From Candidatus Moraniibacteriota bacterium (GTDB lineage Bacteria > Patescibacteriota > Minisyncoccia > Moranbacterales > DUUL01), in contig JALVDV010000001.1 of assembly GCA_027008775.1 (NCBI GenBank), forward strand, positions 3,889 to 67,888: DNA of 64,000 nt. Direction: 5' to 3'. Shown piece after piece: positions 18,645 to 28,708 of this stretch. Within the stretch, counting starts at the first letter, position 1. The number at the start of each line of letters is the position of its first letter. The translations under genes and the position numbers were made by a program. The notes under the pieces are model-generated. The model did not search any database and was not told the origin of the DNA. It was given only the letters and a program-made list of their open reading frames with translations.

Positions 18645-20669
18645 ATGTTAGAAAAAGGCGAGAAACACTTTTTTCAAAATGAAAAAATAAGTTCCGAGAA
18701 AAAACCGGAAAAAAGTAAAAACAAAATTGAACGCAAGATTCCGGAAAAAATAATTGCTGAAGCTTTGGCTTGGCACAAATTGTTTCGTTCCGGCTGGTTA
18801 ACCGCTCACGAATTGGCGGAATTGGATAAAAATGCCAAACCGGAAGTGGAAGGAGAGATTTTCAAAGTTGAAACCGAGAAGCTATTGGTCATTAAAGAAA
18901 TTTTAGATAAAGATCTGAAAGATGATGATTTTAGGGAAAAAGTGACCACAGTCCTGCCCGACTTACTGCCACGTCCTTTTCAAGAAATGGAAGGAATGGA
19001 ACAAAGTCCCCCGCATGATTATTGGGATCCAATCGAGCATACTCTCAACGCCTTGGAATTGTTAGATACAAGGAAATTGGATTCTGAGCAAAGATTAATT
19101 GCTCGCACAGCTCTTATTTTTCATGACGTTGGCAAGGTTTTTGATCCAAAAAGCAGGTTGCACGCTTATCGCTCAGCAAAAATAGCGTGTAATTATTTGG
19201 AGAAAATGGGTTTTTCGGAGAAACAGCAAACTGAAATCTTGGGGCAAATAAGGTGTCATGACGCCCTGGGAGAGGTAACCAGAAGAGACGGAGAAAATAT
19301 GTTTAATTATGAAGATTTGCTTTTGTTTTTTCCGAATAAAAAATCTTTGGAGATTCACCGTGCCGTAGTAATGGCGGACATCGGTTCAATTCCGGGACTA
19401 AGCTGGACTTTGGATGACATTGAGGAGACTTACCGAATAGCTTTAAAAAAAATGGTTGGCAGGGAAAAAGTGTTGACGGAAAAGAAAAATAAATTACCGT
19501 TTCCGAGAGTAAGCGGACGAATATTCTTTGAGTTAAGAGAGATGCTTTCCAAGGGAGATGAAGCTCATTTTGATGATGTTAATTCCGAAGAAGATATTGA
19601 ATATAGGCGAAAAAAATTTGAAGGGGGACTGTACAGAGGTCAACGCTTTCGTGAAGGAGAAGAAATAGTTGCCGAATTCAAAGGAGTTACGACTGAAAAG
19701 AAAGACAAACTGGAAAAACTGCTTGTTCAGTCAAGTCTTGAAAATGAAAGAAAAACACTTTTCATTCTAAAACTTATGGGTCGGGATACGGATCGGCAGT
19801 TTGTGGAAAATTTAGAAAAAAAATACAATACTCCCTTGGACAATTTGAAGGCGATAGTCAACATCAACTTCATAACTTATCGCTTATGGGAGCTAAATTT
19901 TGAGGTTGAAAAAATAGGAGGAGAGCAAGACGAAAAAATAAAACTGATCAGAACAAAGCTCTTAAGTATTAAAAACAGGGCAGAAGAAATAGCTAAATAT
20001 AAAATGCTGGCTACTCATATCACAAGCGAATATTCTGCCGAAGAAATAAAAGAAAAGGGCGAATCAATATGGGCTTCGGATACCAGGCGAACCAATCACT
20101 ATGAAGGGAACGGGGTGTATTTGGGAGCGATGGGCAGTTTTAGGAATTGGGGGGAAATCAGTCTGGGAGAAAAAGGAGTGACATTCAAAGTTGATATTGA
20201 GCTAAGCAAGACCTTGCCGATAATAGTTGACTCTCGATATCCCAAACTGATGTTAGTTGTATTGAGTGAATATTTAGACGTCTTTTCAAAGAAAAAACAG
20301 GATACTACTCACGGCTTGAAACGTTGGTTAAAAGCTGACGACGAGAGTTATAATCTGAAAGGTTGGAAATTAAAATTGCTTAGTGAAGCGTTGGAAACAG
20401 ATATTTTTGTGATGAGAGATGAAGATGAAGAAAAAATGGCTGTGGCCAATACTGATGTCGATCCGATTGTTTGGGGAGTTTTGTGCCGCGCTCTAAAAAT
20501 AAACAGATTTATGCCAATGAGAGAGTTAAGAAAAATGTCTCTGCCGGTGATGCAATCTGCCGAAAAAGCTATTCAGGAGATAGAATTCAAAGATTATTAT
20601 AGCGGGCTGGCTCTAAAAGCGACTCGTTTGCGCGGAATTAACCCTCAAGAGTTTGAAAGAGAAATTTAG
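18645..20669 (+). CDS. HD-domain protein with possible C-terminal ADP-ribosyltransferase-like domain
   Basis: PHDY..IEHTL..LIFHDVGK..H..H..AD (HD fold); later ATHITS...I..G...YEGNGVYLG. Confidence 0.6.
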   Translation: MLEKGEKHFFQNEKISSEKKPEKSKNKIERKIPEKIIAEALAWHKLFRSGWLTAHELAELDKNAKPEVEGEIFKVETEKLLVIKEILDKDLKDDDFREKVTTVLPDLLPRPFQEMEGMEQSPPHDYWDPIEHTLNALELLDTRKLDSEQRLIARTALIFHDVGKVFDPKSRLHAYRSAKIACNYLEKMGFSEKQQTEILGQIRCHDALGEVTRRDGENMFNYEDLLLFFPNKKSLEIHRAVVMADIGSIPGLSWTLDDIEETYRIALKKMVGREKVLTEKKNKLPFPRVSGRIFFELREMLSKGDEAHFDDVNSEEDIEYRRKKFEGGLYRGQRFREGEEIVAEFKGVTTEKKDKLEKLLVQSSLENERKTLFILKLMGRDTDRQFVENLEKKYNTPLDNLKAIVNINFITYRLWELNFEVEKIGGEQDEKIKLIRTKLLSIKNRAEEIAKYKMLATHITSEYSAEEIKEKGESIWASDTRRTNHYEGNGVYLGAMGSFRNWGEISLGEKGVTFKVDIELSKTLPIIVDSRYPKLMLVVLSEYLDVFSKKKQDTTHGLKRWLKADDESYNLKGWKLKLLSEALETDIFVMRDEDEEKMAVANTDVDPIVWGVLCRALKINRFMPMRELRKMSLPVMQSAEKAIQEIEFKDYYSGLALKATRLRGINPQEFEREI

Positions 20670-20674
20670 AAAAC

Positions 20675-20733
20675 TTGACAAAGTCAAGAAAACACTTATA
20701 ATAAAATTAGCAGACTGGATGGTGGAGTGCTAA
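20675..20733 (+). promoter_or_regulatory. Promoter plus CIRCE operator for hsp20-dnaK
   Basis: TTGACA-16-TATAAT (20675-20702); TTAGCAGAC-N9-GAGTGCTAA (20707-20733). Confidence 0.88.
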
Positions 20734-20852
20734 CTATAAAAATAATGTTTGTAGATAGTCAGCCTCCGCCACAGTTAAAATAAAATAAAAATTAATTTAA
20801 ATTCAAACGTTGGGCAATCAAGTTGGTATTGCCGACGGGAGAATCCAAAGTT

Positions 20853-21263
20853 ATGCGAAAAATAGTACCATTTGATCCTTTTAAAGAAGTCCCGGCTGTT
20901 TGGGGAGAAGAGTTTTTTGGTAATGTCGGCTTACCGGCGGTGGATGTTTACCAAAAAGGAGACGATGTCATCGTGGAAATGGAAGTGCCGGGAATCAAAA
21001 AGGACGACATTGACATTTCGGTGGAAAATGATGTTCTAACTGTCTCCGCGCGAAAGAGAGAGAAGAAGGAAGTTAAAAAAGAGGATTACTACCATAAAGA
21101 AATTCGGGAAGGTTCTTTCTCTCGCAGTGTTATTTTACCAATGAAAGTGAAAGGGGAAGAGGCTGAAGCGGAGATTAAAAATGGCGTTTTAAGAATCGTT
21201 CTTCCCAAGGCCGATGAGTTAAAACCCAAGAAAATCGCTATCAAAAGCAAGAAAGAAGAATAA
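20853..21263 (+). CDS. Small heat shock protein Hsp20/alpha-crystallin (ATG 20853)
   Basis: PAVDVY..EVPG..I.ISVENDVL..E...GSFSR...LP..A...NGVL.I.LPK. Confidence 0.95.
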   Translation: MRKIVPFDPFKEVPAVWGEEFFGNVGLPAVDVYQKGDDVIVEMEVPGIKKDDIDISVENDVLTVSARKREKKEVKKEDYYHKEIREGSFSRSVILPMKVKGEEAEAEIKNGVLRIVLPKADELKPKKIAIKSKKEE

Positions 21264-21266
21264 GAA

Positions 21267-21295
21267 AGTTGGGCCAAGAACAACTTGGCCCGGCT
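21267..21295 (+). terminator. GC-rich hairpin after hsp20 (terminator or stabiliser, no U-tract)
   Basis: AGTTGGGCCAAG-AACAA-CTTGGCCCGGCT. Confidence 0.45.
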
Positions 21296-21399
21296 GCCGG
21301 GCTGTTAAAACAAGATGAAAATTTTGGCGGTCCGGTTGCCTTGAGCAACACCAAAACAAAACTTTGGTTTAAACAATAAATATTAAAAAATAAAAAACT

Positions 21400-23364
21400 A
21401 TGTCAAAAGTTTTAGGAATTGATCTCGGTACCACCAACTCCGCTATGGCGGTAGTCAGAGGTGGAAAGCCGGAAATTATAGAAAATAAAGAAGGCAGTCG
21501 CACCACGCCTTCTATGGTGGCGGTCAACAAGAACGGGGAAAGATTGGTTGGTCTGTTGGCCAAGCGACAAGCGGTAACCAATCCGGAGAATACCATTTTT
21601 TCCGCCAAAAGATTGATTGGACGCAAGTATTCCGATCCGGAAGTGCAAGAAGCCAAGAAAACTTTGCCCTTCAAAATTGTGGAAGGCAAGAATGGCGCTG
21701 TGCATGTGGTGATGGGAGGGAAGGAGTATCGCCCGGCGGAAATTTCAGCTATGATTTTACAAAAACTGAAAAATGACGCCGAGGAGAAATTGGGCGAAAA
21801 AATTGAAAAAGCCGTTATTACCGTTCCTGCCTATTTTGACGACTCACAAAGAAAAGCCACCAAAGACGCCGGCCGGATTGCCGGTCTGGAAGTGGAGAGA
21901 ATTATCAACGAACCAACAGCCGCCGCTTTAGCCTACGGTTTTGATAAAAAGAAAGATGAAAAAATAGTCGTTTACGACTTGGGCGGTGGGACCTTTGATG
22001 TTTCCGTTCTGGAAGTTTCCGAGGATACGGTGGAAGTAAAATCAACCAGTGGAGATACTTACTTGGGTGGAGATGATTTTGACAAAAAAATCATTGATTG
22101 GATTATTGAAGAATTCAAAAAACAAGAAGGTATTGATTTATCTAAAGACAATCTTGCTTTGCAAAGAATTAAAGAATCAGCCGAAAAAGCCAAAATTGAG
22201 TTGTCCACCGCTCAAGAAACGGAAATCAATCAACCATTCATCACTTCCGGCGAAGATGGCCCTAAACATTTGGTTTTGAAATTAACCCGGGCCAAACTGG
22301 AAGAGTTGGTTAGCGACCTGGTTGATAAAACGATGATTCCCGTTGAAAAGGCACTGAAGTCTGCTGGTTTGAAGAAAGAGGATGTCAACGAAATTATTAT
22401 GGTTGGTGGAATGACCAGGATGCCGTTAATTCTTAGAAGGGTGGAAGAATTTTTTGGCAAAAAGCCTTCCACCAGCGTTAACCCGGATGAAGTGGTTGCC
22501 TTGGGCGCCGCCATCCAAGGAGCGGTTTTGCAAGGAGATGTTAAAGACGTTCTTCTTTTGGATGTTACTCCTCTAACTCTTGGTATTGAGACTTTGGGTG
22601 GAGTAATGACTCCATTGATAGAGGCTAACACGACCATCCCCACCAAGAAAACACAAATATTTTCTACAGCGGCTGACAATCAGCCCTCGGTGGAAATTCA
22701 CGTTTTGCAGGGAGAAAGAAAAATGGCGGCCGACAACAAAACCCTGGGTAGATTTATGTTGGACAATATTCCGCCGGCTCCTCGCGGAGTGCCACAGATT
22801 GAAGTTACTTTTGACTTGGATGCCAACGGTATTTTGAATGTTACTGCCAAAGATAAAGCCACCGGTAAAGAGCAAAGCATTCGTATTGAAGCTTCTTCCG
22901 ATTTAACCGAAGAAGAAGTTGAAAGGATGAAAAAAGAAGCGGAAGCTCACGCCGAAGAAGATAAAAAGAAAGCGGAAAAAGTGACCATCAGAAACACCGC
23001 CGATGCTTTGGTCTTCAGCACAGAAAAAGCTCTCAAGGAGGCCGGCGACAAAGTCAGCGCCGAAGAAAAGAAGCCGGTAGAGGAAAAACTGGAAGCTTTG
23101 AAAAAACTTCTCAAGGATGAGAAAGCTTCAATTGAAGATATCAAAAAAGCCTCCGAGGAGTTATCAACGGCCGCGCAGGCTATCGGTGAAAAACTTTACA
23201 AAGCGGCGCAAGAAAACAAGCAAGCTCAAGCTGGTACCGCCGATAATCAAAAACAAGAAAAAACCGATAACAAAGAAGAAGGTTCAGTTAAAGATGCTGA
23301 AGAAGTAAAAGAAGATCAGGAAAAGAAAGGGGAAGACAAAGATGATGAAAGCAAGGAAAAGTAG
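21400..23364 (+). CDS. dnaK: Chaperone DnaK
   Basis: [32 protein letters not shown]. Confidence 0.99.
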   Translation: MSKVLGIDLGTTNSAMAVVRGGKPEIIENKEGSRTTPSMVAVNKNGERLVGLLAKRQAVTNPENTIFSAKRLIGRKYSDPEVQEAKKTLPFKIVEGKNGAVHVVMGGKEYRPAEISAMILQKLKNDAEEKLGEKIEKAVITVPAYFDDSQRKATKDAGRIAGLEVERIINEPTAAALAYGFDKKKDEKIVVYDLGGGTFDVSVLEVSEDTVEVKSTSGDTYLGGDDFDKKIIDWIIEEFKKQEGIDLSKDNLALQRIKESAEKAKIELSTAQETEINQPFITSGEDGPKHLVLKLTRAKLEELVSDLVDKTMIPVEKALKSAGLKKEDVNEIIMVGGMTRMPLILRRVEEFFGKKPSTSVNPDEVVALGAAIQGAVLQGDVKDVLLLDVTPLTLGIETLGGVMTPLIEANTTIPTKKTQIFSTAADNQPSVEIHVLQGERKMAADNKTLGRFMLDNIPPAPRGVPQIEVTFDLDANGILNVTAKDKATGKEQSIRIEASSDLTEEEVERMKKEAEAHAEEDKKKAEKVTIRNTADALVFSTEKALKEAGDKVSAEEKKPVEEKLEALKKLLKDEKASIEDIKKASEELSTAAQAIGEKLYKAAQENKQAQAGTADNQKQEKTDNKEEGSVKDAEEVKEDQEKKGEDKDDESKEK

Positions 23365-23380
23365 CGATAATAAAAAAAAC

Positions 23381-23407
23381 AAAAACCCCGGGTTGCCCCG
23401 GGTTTTT
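23381..23407 (+). terminator. Intrinsic terminator after dnaK
   Basis: AAAAACCCCGGG-loop-CCCGGGTTTTT. Confidence 0.75.
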
Positions 23408-23486
23408 GTTTGGAAGACAAGTAAATATTGGCATTTTTTTAAAAACAAATTATAATTACCAGCGTCTAAATTTTTACAACAAAATT

Positions 23487-24860
23487 ATGAAATTAAATCC
23501 GGGAATTTTTAAGGCTTATGACATCCGAGGAATTTACCGGAAGGATATGGATGAGAAAACTTATTACCTGATTGGTCAAGCCATAGTCAAAGAATTACGA
23601 GCAAAAAAAATAGCCGTCGGTCACGACGCTCGTCCTTCTAGCCTCTCCTTATATAAAGCATTGATTCAGGGAATTGTTTCCACCGGAGCAAAAGTGATTG
23701 CTCTGGATTTGGTTACTACTCCTATGGTTTACTTTGCTTCACACCGTTTGAAGGTGGACGGCGCCGTAGCCGTCACTGCTTCCCATAATCCGCCCGAGTG
23801 GAATGGTCTGAAAATTTGCCGGCGCCGAGCCGTTCCGGTCGGTAGTGACAGTGGTTTAGACAAAATAAAAGATGAAGTTTTGCAAAAAGCCAAGAATATT
23901 GAAAATGTTTCTTTGAAATCGGAATCTCAGACAAAAGTTGTAGAAAAATTTGACATCAAACCGATTTACTACGAATACTTCAGTAAATTTGCTGAATTGG
24001 GGGAGCGGAAATTTAAGATAGTGATTGACTGCGCCAATGCTATGGGTGTTTTGGAACTACCAATATTTGAAAAATACCTAAAGAAACATTTTCAAGTTAT
24101 CAGGTTGTATTGTGATTTAAAAAATGCTTACCAAGGCTGTCACGAACCCAACCCTTTGAAAACCGAAACTCTACGAGATTTACAAGAAAAGGTTAAGAAA
24201 GAAAAAGCCGATCTGGGCTTGGCTTACGATGGCGACGCCGACCGAATCGGTTTTGTAGATGAAAAGGGCGAGATTATTCCCATGGATTTGGTTACCGCCC
24301 TAATTGCCGAATATTTTTTAAGCAAACCGGAAAATAAGGGAGCCACCATCCTTTATGATCTGCGTTCTTCTCGGGCGGTCAAAGAAGCTATTGAGACCAA
24401 CGGCGGTGTCGCTCACGAGTGTCGGGTCGGACACGCTTTCATCAAGAAACAAATGGCTGACGAAAAAGCTATTTTCGCCGGTGAATTATCTGGGCACTAC
24501 TATTTTCAAGCTAATGCCAATGCCGAAGTCAGCACCTTGGCCGCTTTGATTGTTTTGAATATGATGGCTAAAGAAAACAAACCTGTTTCCGAGTTTGTTG
24601 AAAAGTTGAGAAAATATCATCATAGTGGAGAAATCAACTTTCAAGTTGAGGATAAAGACAAAATTTTGGAAAAATTGAAAGAAAAATATAAAGATGGAAA
24701 ACTATCCACTTTGGACGGAATTAAAATAGAATATCCCCACTGGTGGTTTAACGTTCGCGCCAGCAACACGGAACCACTCTTAAGACTAAATCTGGAGGCT
24801 GACAGTCAAGAACTGTTACAAGAAAAAAAGAAAGAGCTGGCGCAAATCATTGAAAGTTAA
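23487..24860 (+). CDS. Phosphomannomutase/phosphoglucomutase (ATG 23487)
   Basis: FKAYDIRG, TASHNP, DGDADR, GELSGH, RASNTEP. Confidence 0.95.
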   Translation: MKLNPGIFKAYDIRGIYRKDMDEKTYYLIGQAIVKELRAKKIAVGHDARPSSLSLYKALIQGIVSTGAKVIALDLVTTPMVYFASHRLKVDGAVAVTASHNPPEWNGLKICRRRAVPVGSDSGLDKIKDEVLQKAKNIENVSLKSESQTKVVEKFDIKPIYYEYFSKFAELGERKFKIVIDCANAMGVLELPIFEKYLKKHFQVIRLYCDLKNAYQGCHEPNPLKTETLRDLQEKVKKEKADLGLAYDGDADRIGFVDEKGEIIPMDLVTALIAEYFLSKPENKGATILYDLRSSRAVKEAIETNGGVAHECRVGHAFIKKQMADEKAIFAGELSGHYYFQANANAEVSTLAALIVLNMMAKENKPVSEFVEKLRKYHHSGEINFQVEDKDKILEKLKEKYKDGKLSTLDGIKIEYPHWWFNVRASNTEPLLRLNLEADSQELLQEKKKELAQIIES

Positions 24861-24875
24861 TCAATTCTTCTTACA

Positions 24876-25631
24876 ATGCCTAAAACTCAAAAGAAAAAAC
24901 CAATCCTCATTCTTCAATTTCGTCCGGAAACGGAAGTTTCCGATAGTGAATTTCAAGCTTTTCTGAAATATGGAGGGTTACAGCCAAACGAAGTGAAAAG
25001 AATCAGGGCCGAATTTAAAATGCCGGAGATAAACCTAGACGACTACAGCGCTGTGATTACCGGCGGAGGCCCTTATAATGTTTCCGAACACAAGAAAAAA
25101 CCAGTGCAAGAGGAAGTGGAGAAAAACCTCTTTTCTTTGTTGCAAAAAATTGCCGAAAAGGACTTTCCTCACCTGGGAAACTGTTATGGCTTTAGCGCCG
25201 GCGTGGTTGCTTGTGGAGGAGTGGTCTCCAAGAAAAAATATTCGGAAGATGCCGGCGCTGTCACCATTAATCTCACCGAAGAAGGGAAAAAAGACAAACT
25301 GTTGCGAGGCATAAAATCAAACTTCCGCGCTTTTGTCGGACATAAAGAAGCCTGTCAGCAACTACCGCCGGGAGCGGTCAATTTAGCCTACTCATCCACT
25401 TGTCCCTTTCATATGTTTCGTCTGGGAAAAAACGTATATGCCGCCCAATTTCATCCGGAATTGGATTATTCTGGTATTGCCGTTCGCATAGAATTTTACA
25501 AACATCATGGTTATTTTCCCCCGGAAGAAGCGGAGGCCTTGAAAGAAAAATTGGCTAAAGAAAACGTTAGCGAGCCGATGAAGATTCTAAAGAATTTTGT
25601 GGATATTTATTATCGTCAAAAGGAAAAATGA
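24876..25631 (+). CDS. Class I glutamine amidotransferase
   Basis: TGGGP, GNCYG nucleophile, QFHPE. Confidence 0.88.
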   Translation: MPKTQKKKPILILQFRPETEVSDSEFQAFLKYGGLQPNEVKRIRAEFKMPEINLDDYSAVITGGGPYNVSEHKKKPVQEEVEKNLFSLLQKIAEKDFPHLGNCYGFSAGVVACGGVVSKKKYSEDAGAVTINLTEEGKKDKLLRGIKSNFRAFVGHKEACQQLPPGAVNLAYSSTCPFHMFRLGKNVYAAQFHPELDYSGIAVRIEFYKHHGYFPPEEAEALKEKLAKENVSEPMKILKNFVDIYYRQKEK

Positions 25632-25646
25632 AAATAAACCTAAAAT

Positions 25647-25675
25647 TTGACAAAGTTTTTTAGCAATCGTATAAT
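25647..25675 (+). promoter_or_regulatory. atp operon promoter
   Basis: TTGACA-17-TATAAT upstream of the first atp gene. Confidence 0.75.
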
Positions 25676-25709
25676 AAGAGCGTGGTCAAGAGCTTATACC
25701 ACGACGGAA

Positions 25710-26024
25710 ATGAGTAAATTTAAAAAAGAGAATAGAACAAAAGGAGGAGACGGTGATTGGTCTCTTTTCTCTTTGGCCTGGGATCTAGGTTGGATGATAG
25801 CCATTCCCATTATTCTCTTCGGAGTGGGTGGCGCGATTATGGACAAAAAACTGCACAGTTCTCCCTGGCTTCTTCTGTTAGGGTTTGCAATTTCTCTTAG
25901 CTTGACCTCTTTTTTTATTTATTTCAAAATAACCAAGGTGCTCAACGAAATTGATCAGAGCGCCGGCGAGACAAAAACATTAGCCAATCAACAAAACGAC
26001 AGGTATGACAGAGGCTCTCATTAA
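25710..26024 (+). CDS. AtpZ/AtpI family protein (ATG 25710)
   Basis: LG..IAIP....G.GG..MDKKL.SSPW.LL.G; first gene of the atp operon. Confidence 0.85.
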   Translation: MSKFKKENRTKGGDGDWSLFSLAWDLGWMIAIPIILFGVGGAIMDKKLHSSPWLLLLGFAISLSLTSFFIYFKITKVLNEIDQSAGETKTLANQQNDRYDRGSH

Positions 26025-26769
26025 ACCATCATTCAAACCGGAAATCGTAGCCAATGTAGGAAATCTCCCGATAACCAATTCTTTTTTGGTTACAATTATT
26101 ATCAGTTTGATAATTATTATTGGAGCTTTGTCCATTAAAAAAAGACTGAAAAAGAATCAACCGGGCGGATTGCAAAATTTGATTGAATTGATTTTTGAGA
26201 AGTTACTGGAACTAATGGATGGTATCACCGGCAGTAGAGAGCAAACCAAACAGTTTTTTCCACTGGTGGCCACCATTTTTATTTTTGTTTTATTGGTGAA
26301 TTGGGTGGAGGTATTGCCCGGCTTGGGAACCATTGGGGTTGAACAACATCATCACGGAGAGAAAATTTTGGCGCCCTTTATCAGAAGTGGCGCCGCTGAT
26401 TTGAATCTAACCTTGGTTATCGCTCTAATTTCTGTTATTGCCACTCAAATTATTGGAGTCTCCGCCTTAGGTGTGAAAAAGTATTTGGGAAAATTTCTCG
26501 TTAGTCCTTTACAAAAACCGTATTTCATTGGCACTTTCGTTGGTTTGTTGGAAATTATTTCCGAGTTTGCCAAAATCATCTCTTTTTCCTTCCGTCTCTT
26601 TGGAAATATTTTTGCCGGGGAGGTGTTGTTGACGGTAATGTTAATGCTAGTGCCACTGTTTGTGCCATTGCCATTTTTGTTTTTGGAGATTTTCGTCGGT
26701 TTTATCCAAGCGGCCGTTTTTGCCATTTTAACACTGGTTTTTATGAAAATGGCCACCGAAGCGCACTGA
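26005..26769 (+). CDS. atpB: ATP synthase Fo subunit a
   Basis: PGGLQN..E, SFSFRLFGNIFAGE, IQAAVF..L. Confidence 0.97.
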   Translation: MTEALIKPSFKPEIVANVGNLPITNSFLVTIIISLIIIIGALSIKKRLKKNQPGGLQNLIELIFEKLLELMDGITGSREQTKQFFPLVATIFIFVLLVNWVEVLPGLGTIGVEQHHHGEKILAPFIRSGAADLNLTLVIALISVIATQIIGVSALGVKKYLGKFLVSPLQKPYFIGTFVGLLEIISEFAKIISFSFRLFGNIFAGEVLLTVMLMLVPLFVPLPFLFLEIFVGFIQAAVFAILTLVFMKMATEAH

Positions 26770-26818
26770 GAAGTGATTTCAATTTTAAATTTTAATAATT
26801 TAAAAATTAATTAATTAA

Positions 26819-27103
<285 letters not shown>

Positions 27104-27108
27104 ATAGA

Positions 27109-27139
27109 TAGTTATCAGTTATCAGTTATCGGTTCGCAG
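27109..27139 (+). repeat. Heptamer repeat (GTTATCA)n, left arm of cassette 1
   Basis: TA-GTTATCA-GTTATCA-GTTATCG-GTTCGCAG; complementary to 27596-27622 and to 30239-30269. Confidence 0.85.
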
Positions 27140-27219
27140 CAAAATGTGAGCCGATGACGGGTAAGCGATGTGAATTAATTTGGAATTACAATTTGAAATG
27201 CATAAATGGATAAAAAAAT

Positions 27220-27567
27220 ATGCATAACTTTGAAAAACTAGATGTTTACAAGAGGGCGGTTGATATTGTGAATTGGTTGTATGATATTACAAAAAAATAT
27301 CCGAGAGATGAAATGTTTTTGATGGTAAATCAATTAAGAAGAGCGGCTATCTCAATAACATTAAATATAGCAGAAGGAAGCGGTAGGACAAAGAAAGAGT
27401 TTTCTCATTTTTTAAATATATCCAGAACGTCTGCTTATGAATGTACTGCTCTATTACAAATTTCGGCTAGAAGAAAATATATTAGCGCAGAAGAGCTAAA
27501 ATACGGATACAAGCAATTATTGATAATTATTAAAATGATTAATAAGTTAAAGGCAAGTTTAAAATAA
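27220..27567 (+). CDS. Four-helix-bundle protein (23S rRNA intervening-sequence protein family)
   Basis: FEKLDVYK, P.DE.F..NQLRRAAISI.LNIAEGSGR, F..FL.I.R.S..E. Confidence 0.93.
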   Translation: MHNFEKLDVYKRAVDIVNWLYDITKKYPRDEMFLMVNQLRRAAISITLNIAEGSGRTKKEFSHFLNISRTSAYECTALLQISARRKYISAEELKYGYKQLLIIIKMINKLKASLK

Positions 27568-27595
27568 TAAGTAAAGGTGTGCAGTTGTCGCTACC

Positions 27596-27623
27596 GTGAA
27601 CCGATAACTGATAACCGATAACC
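27596..27623 (+). repeat. Heptamer repeat (YGATAAC)n, right arm of cassette 1
   Basis: GTGAAC-CGATAAC-TGATAAC-CGATAAC-C, ending 6 nt before the atpF ATG. Confidence 0.85.
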
Positions 27624-27629
27624 ATTCTT

Positions 27630-28124
27630 ATGGAATTATTAGGAAACCTAGGCATCAATACCAAATTATTTATAGCTCAATTGGTCAATTTCGCCATTTT
27701 GTTTTTCGTTTTGAAAAAATTTGTTTATCAACCATTGTTGCAGGTTTTGGAAGAAAGAAAAAAGAAAATAGAAAAAGGAATTAAAAGTGCTGAACAAGCA
27801 GAAAGGAAACTAGCGGAAATATCCGAAAAAGAAAAGAAAATATTGGAAAAAGCTCAAGAAAAAGCGCAAAAAATTCTTTTGGAAGCGGAAAGGAAAGCGG
27901 AAGAAAACAGGCGCTTGGCCACGGAAGAAACCACGACCGAAATCAATAAAATGATGAAAAAAGCCGACGAAGAAATTGAAAAGAAAAAAGAGCAAATGTT
28001 GACCGACTTAAAGAAAGACTTGGCGCAATTGGTTGTTTCGGCCACGGAAAAAGTTTTGGCGCAAAAAATAGACGAAAAATCAGACGAAAAAATAATTGAC
28101 AAGGCGATTGCCGAAATAAAATAA
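27630..28124 (+). CDS. atpF: ATP synthase Fo subunit b
   Basis: LGIN..LFIAQLVNF.IL..LKKF.Y.P....LEER followed by coiled coil. Confidence 0.95.
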   Translation: MELLGNLGINTKLFIAQLVNFAILFFVLKKFVYQPLLQVLEERKKKIEKGIKSAEQAERKLAEISEKEKKILEKAQEKAQKILLEAERKAEENRRLATEETTTEINKMMKKADEEIEKKKEQMLTDLKKDLAQLVVSATEKVLAQKIDEKSDEKIIDKAIAEIK

Positions 28125-28157
28125 TTAACAGGAGAATAAAAACAGTCTAAAAACACT

Positions 28158-28556
28158 ATGAAAATTTCCCCCAAGCAATATGCCCAAACTTTATACGACC
28201 TGACGATGAACAAATCTGAAGATGAAGTCAAAGAAATAATTGCCAAGTTTGTTGCCAATTTAAAAAAAGAGGGTCTGTTGAATAAAAGTAAAGAAATCAT
28301 CGCAGAATTCAAAAATATCTACAATCAAGAACAGAAAATTTTACCGGTAAGAGTTATTTCCGCGCATAAACTGACAAAAGAGGAGAAAAATAATTTGCGA
28401 GAAAAATTAAAAAATAAGTATCAGGTCAGAGAAGTTGAGTTGACCAATCAAATTGACCCGAGTCTCCAAGGGGGATTTAAGCTGATTGTTGACGAAAATG
28501 TTATTGATGAAAGCGTAGCTGAGGGGATGCGTTTACTGAAAAAAGCATTGCAATAA
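28158..28556 (+). CDS. atpH: ATP synthase F1 subunit delta (short form)
   Basis: YAQTLY N-terminus, V.SA..L, IDPSLQGG...VIDES; operon position. Confidence 0.88.
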   Translation: MKISPKQYAQTLYDLTMNKSEDEVKEIIAKFVANLKKEGLLNKSKEIIAEFKNIYNQEQKILPVRVISAHKLTKEEKNNLREKLKNKYQVREVELTNQIDPSLQGGFKLIVDENVIDESVAEGMRLLKKALQ

Positions 28557-28708
28557 TTTTGTTTTGCAAAATCGGCAATTTATTTTCCAAGTCATAGATT
28601 GTTGTTGGGCGAGTACAAAACATACCCTCCCAAAAACATTGTTACAAAATCAATTTTAGAAAAGTATAAATTTACAAATAGCGAAATAAACAAACTAATT
28701 TTATTACT

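Noticed and set aside
27109-27623. IS element or MITE with terminal inverted repeats
   Set aside because: No transposase and no clear target-site duplication; arms are tandem heptamers with G-U-type mismatches
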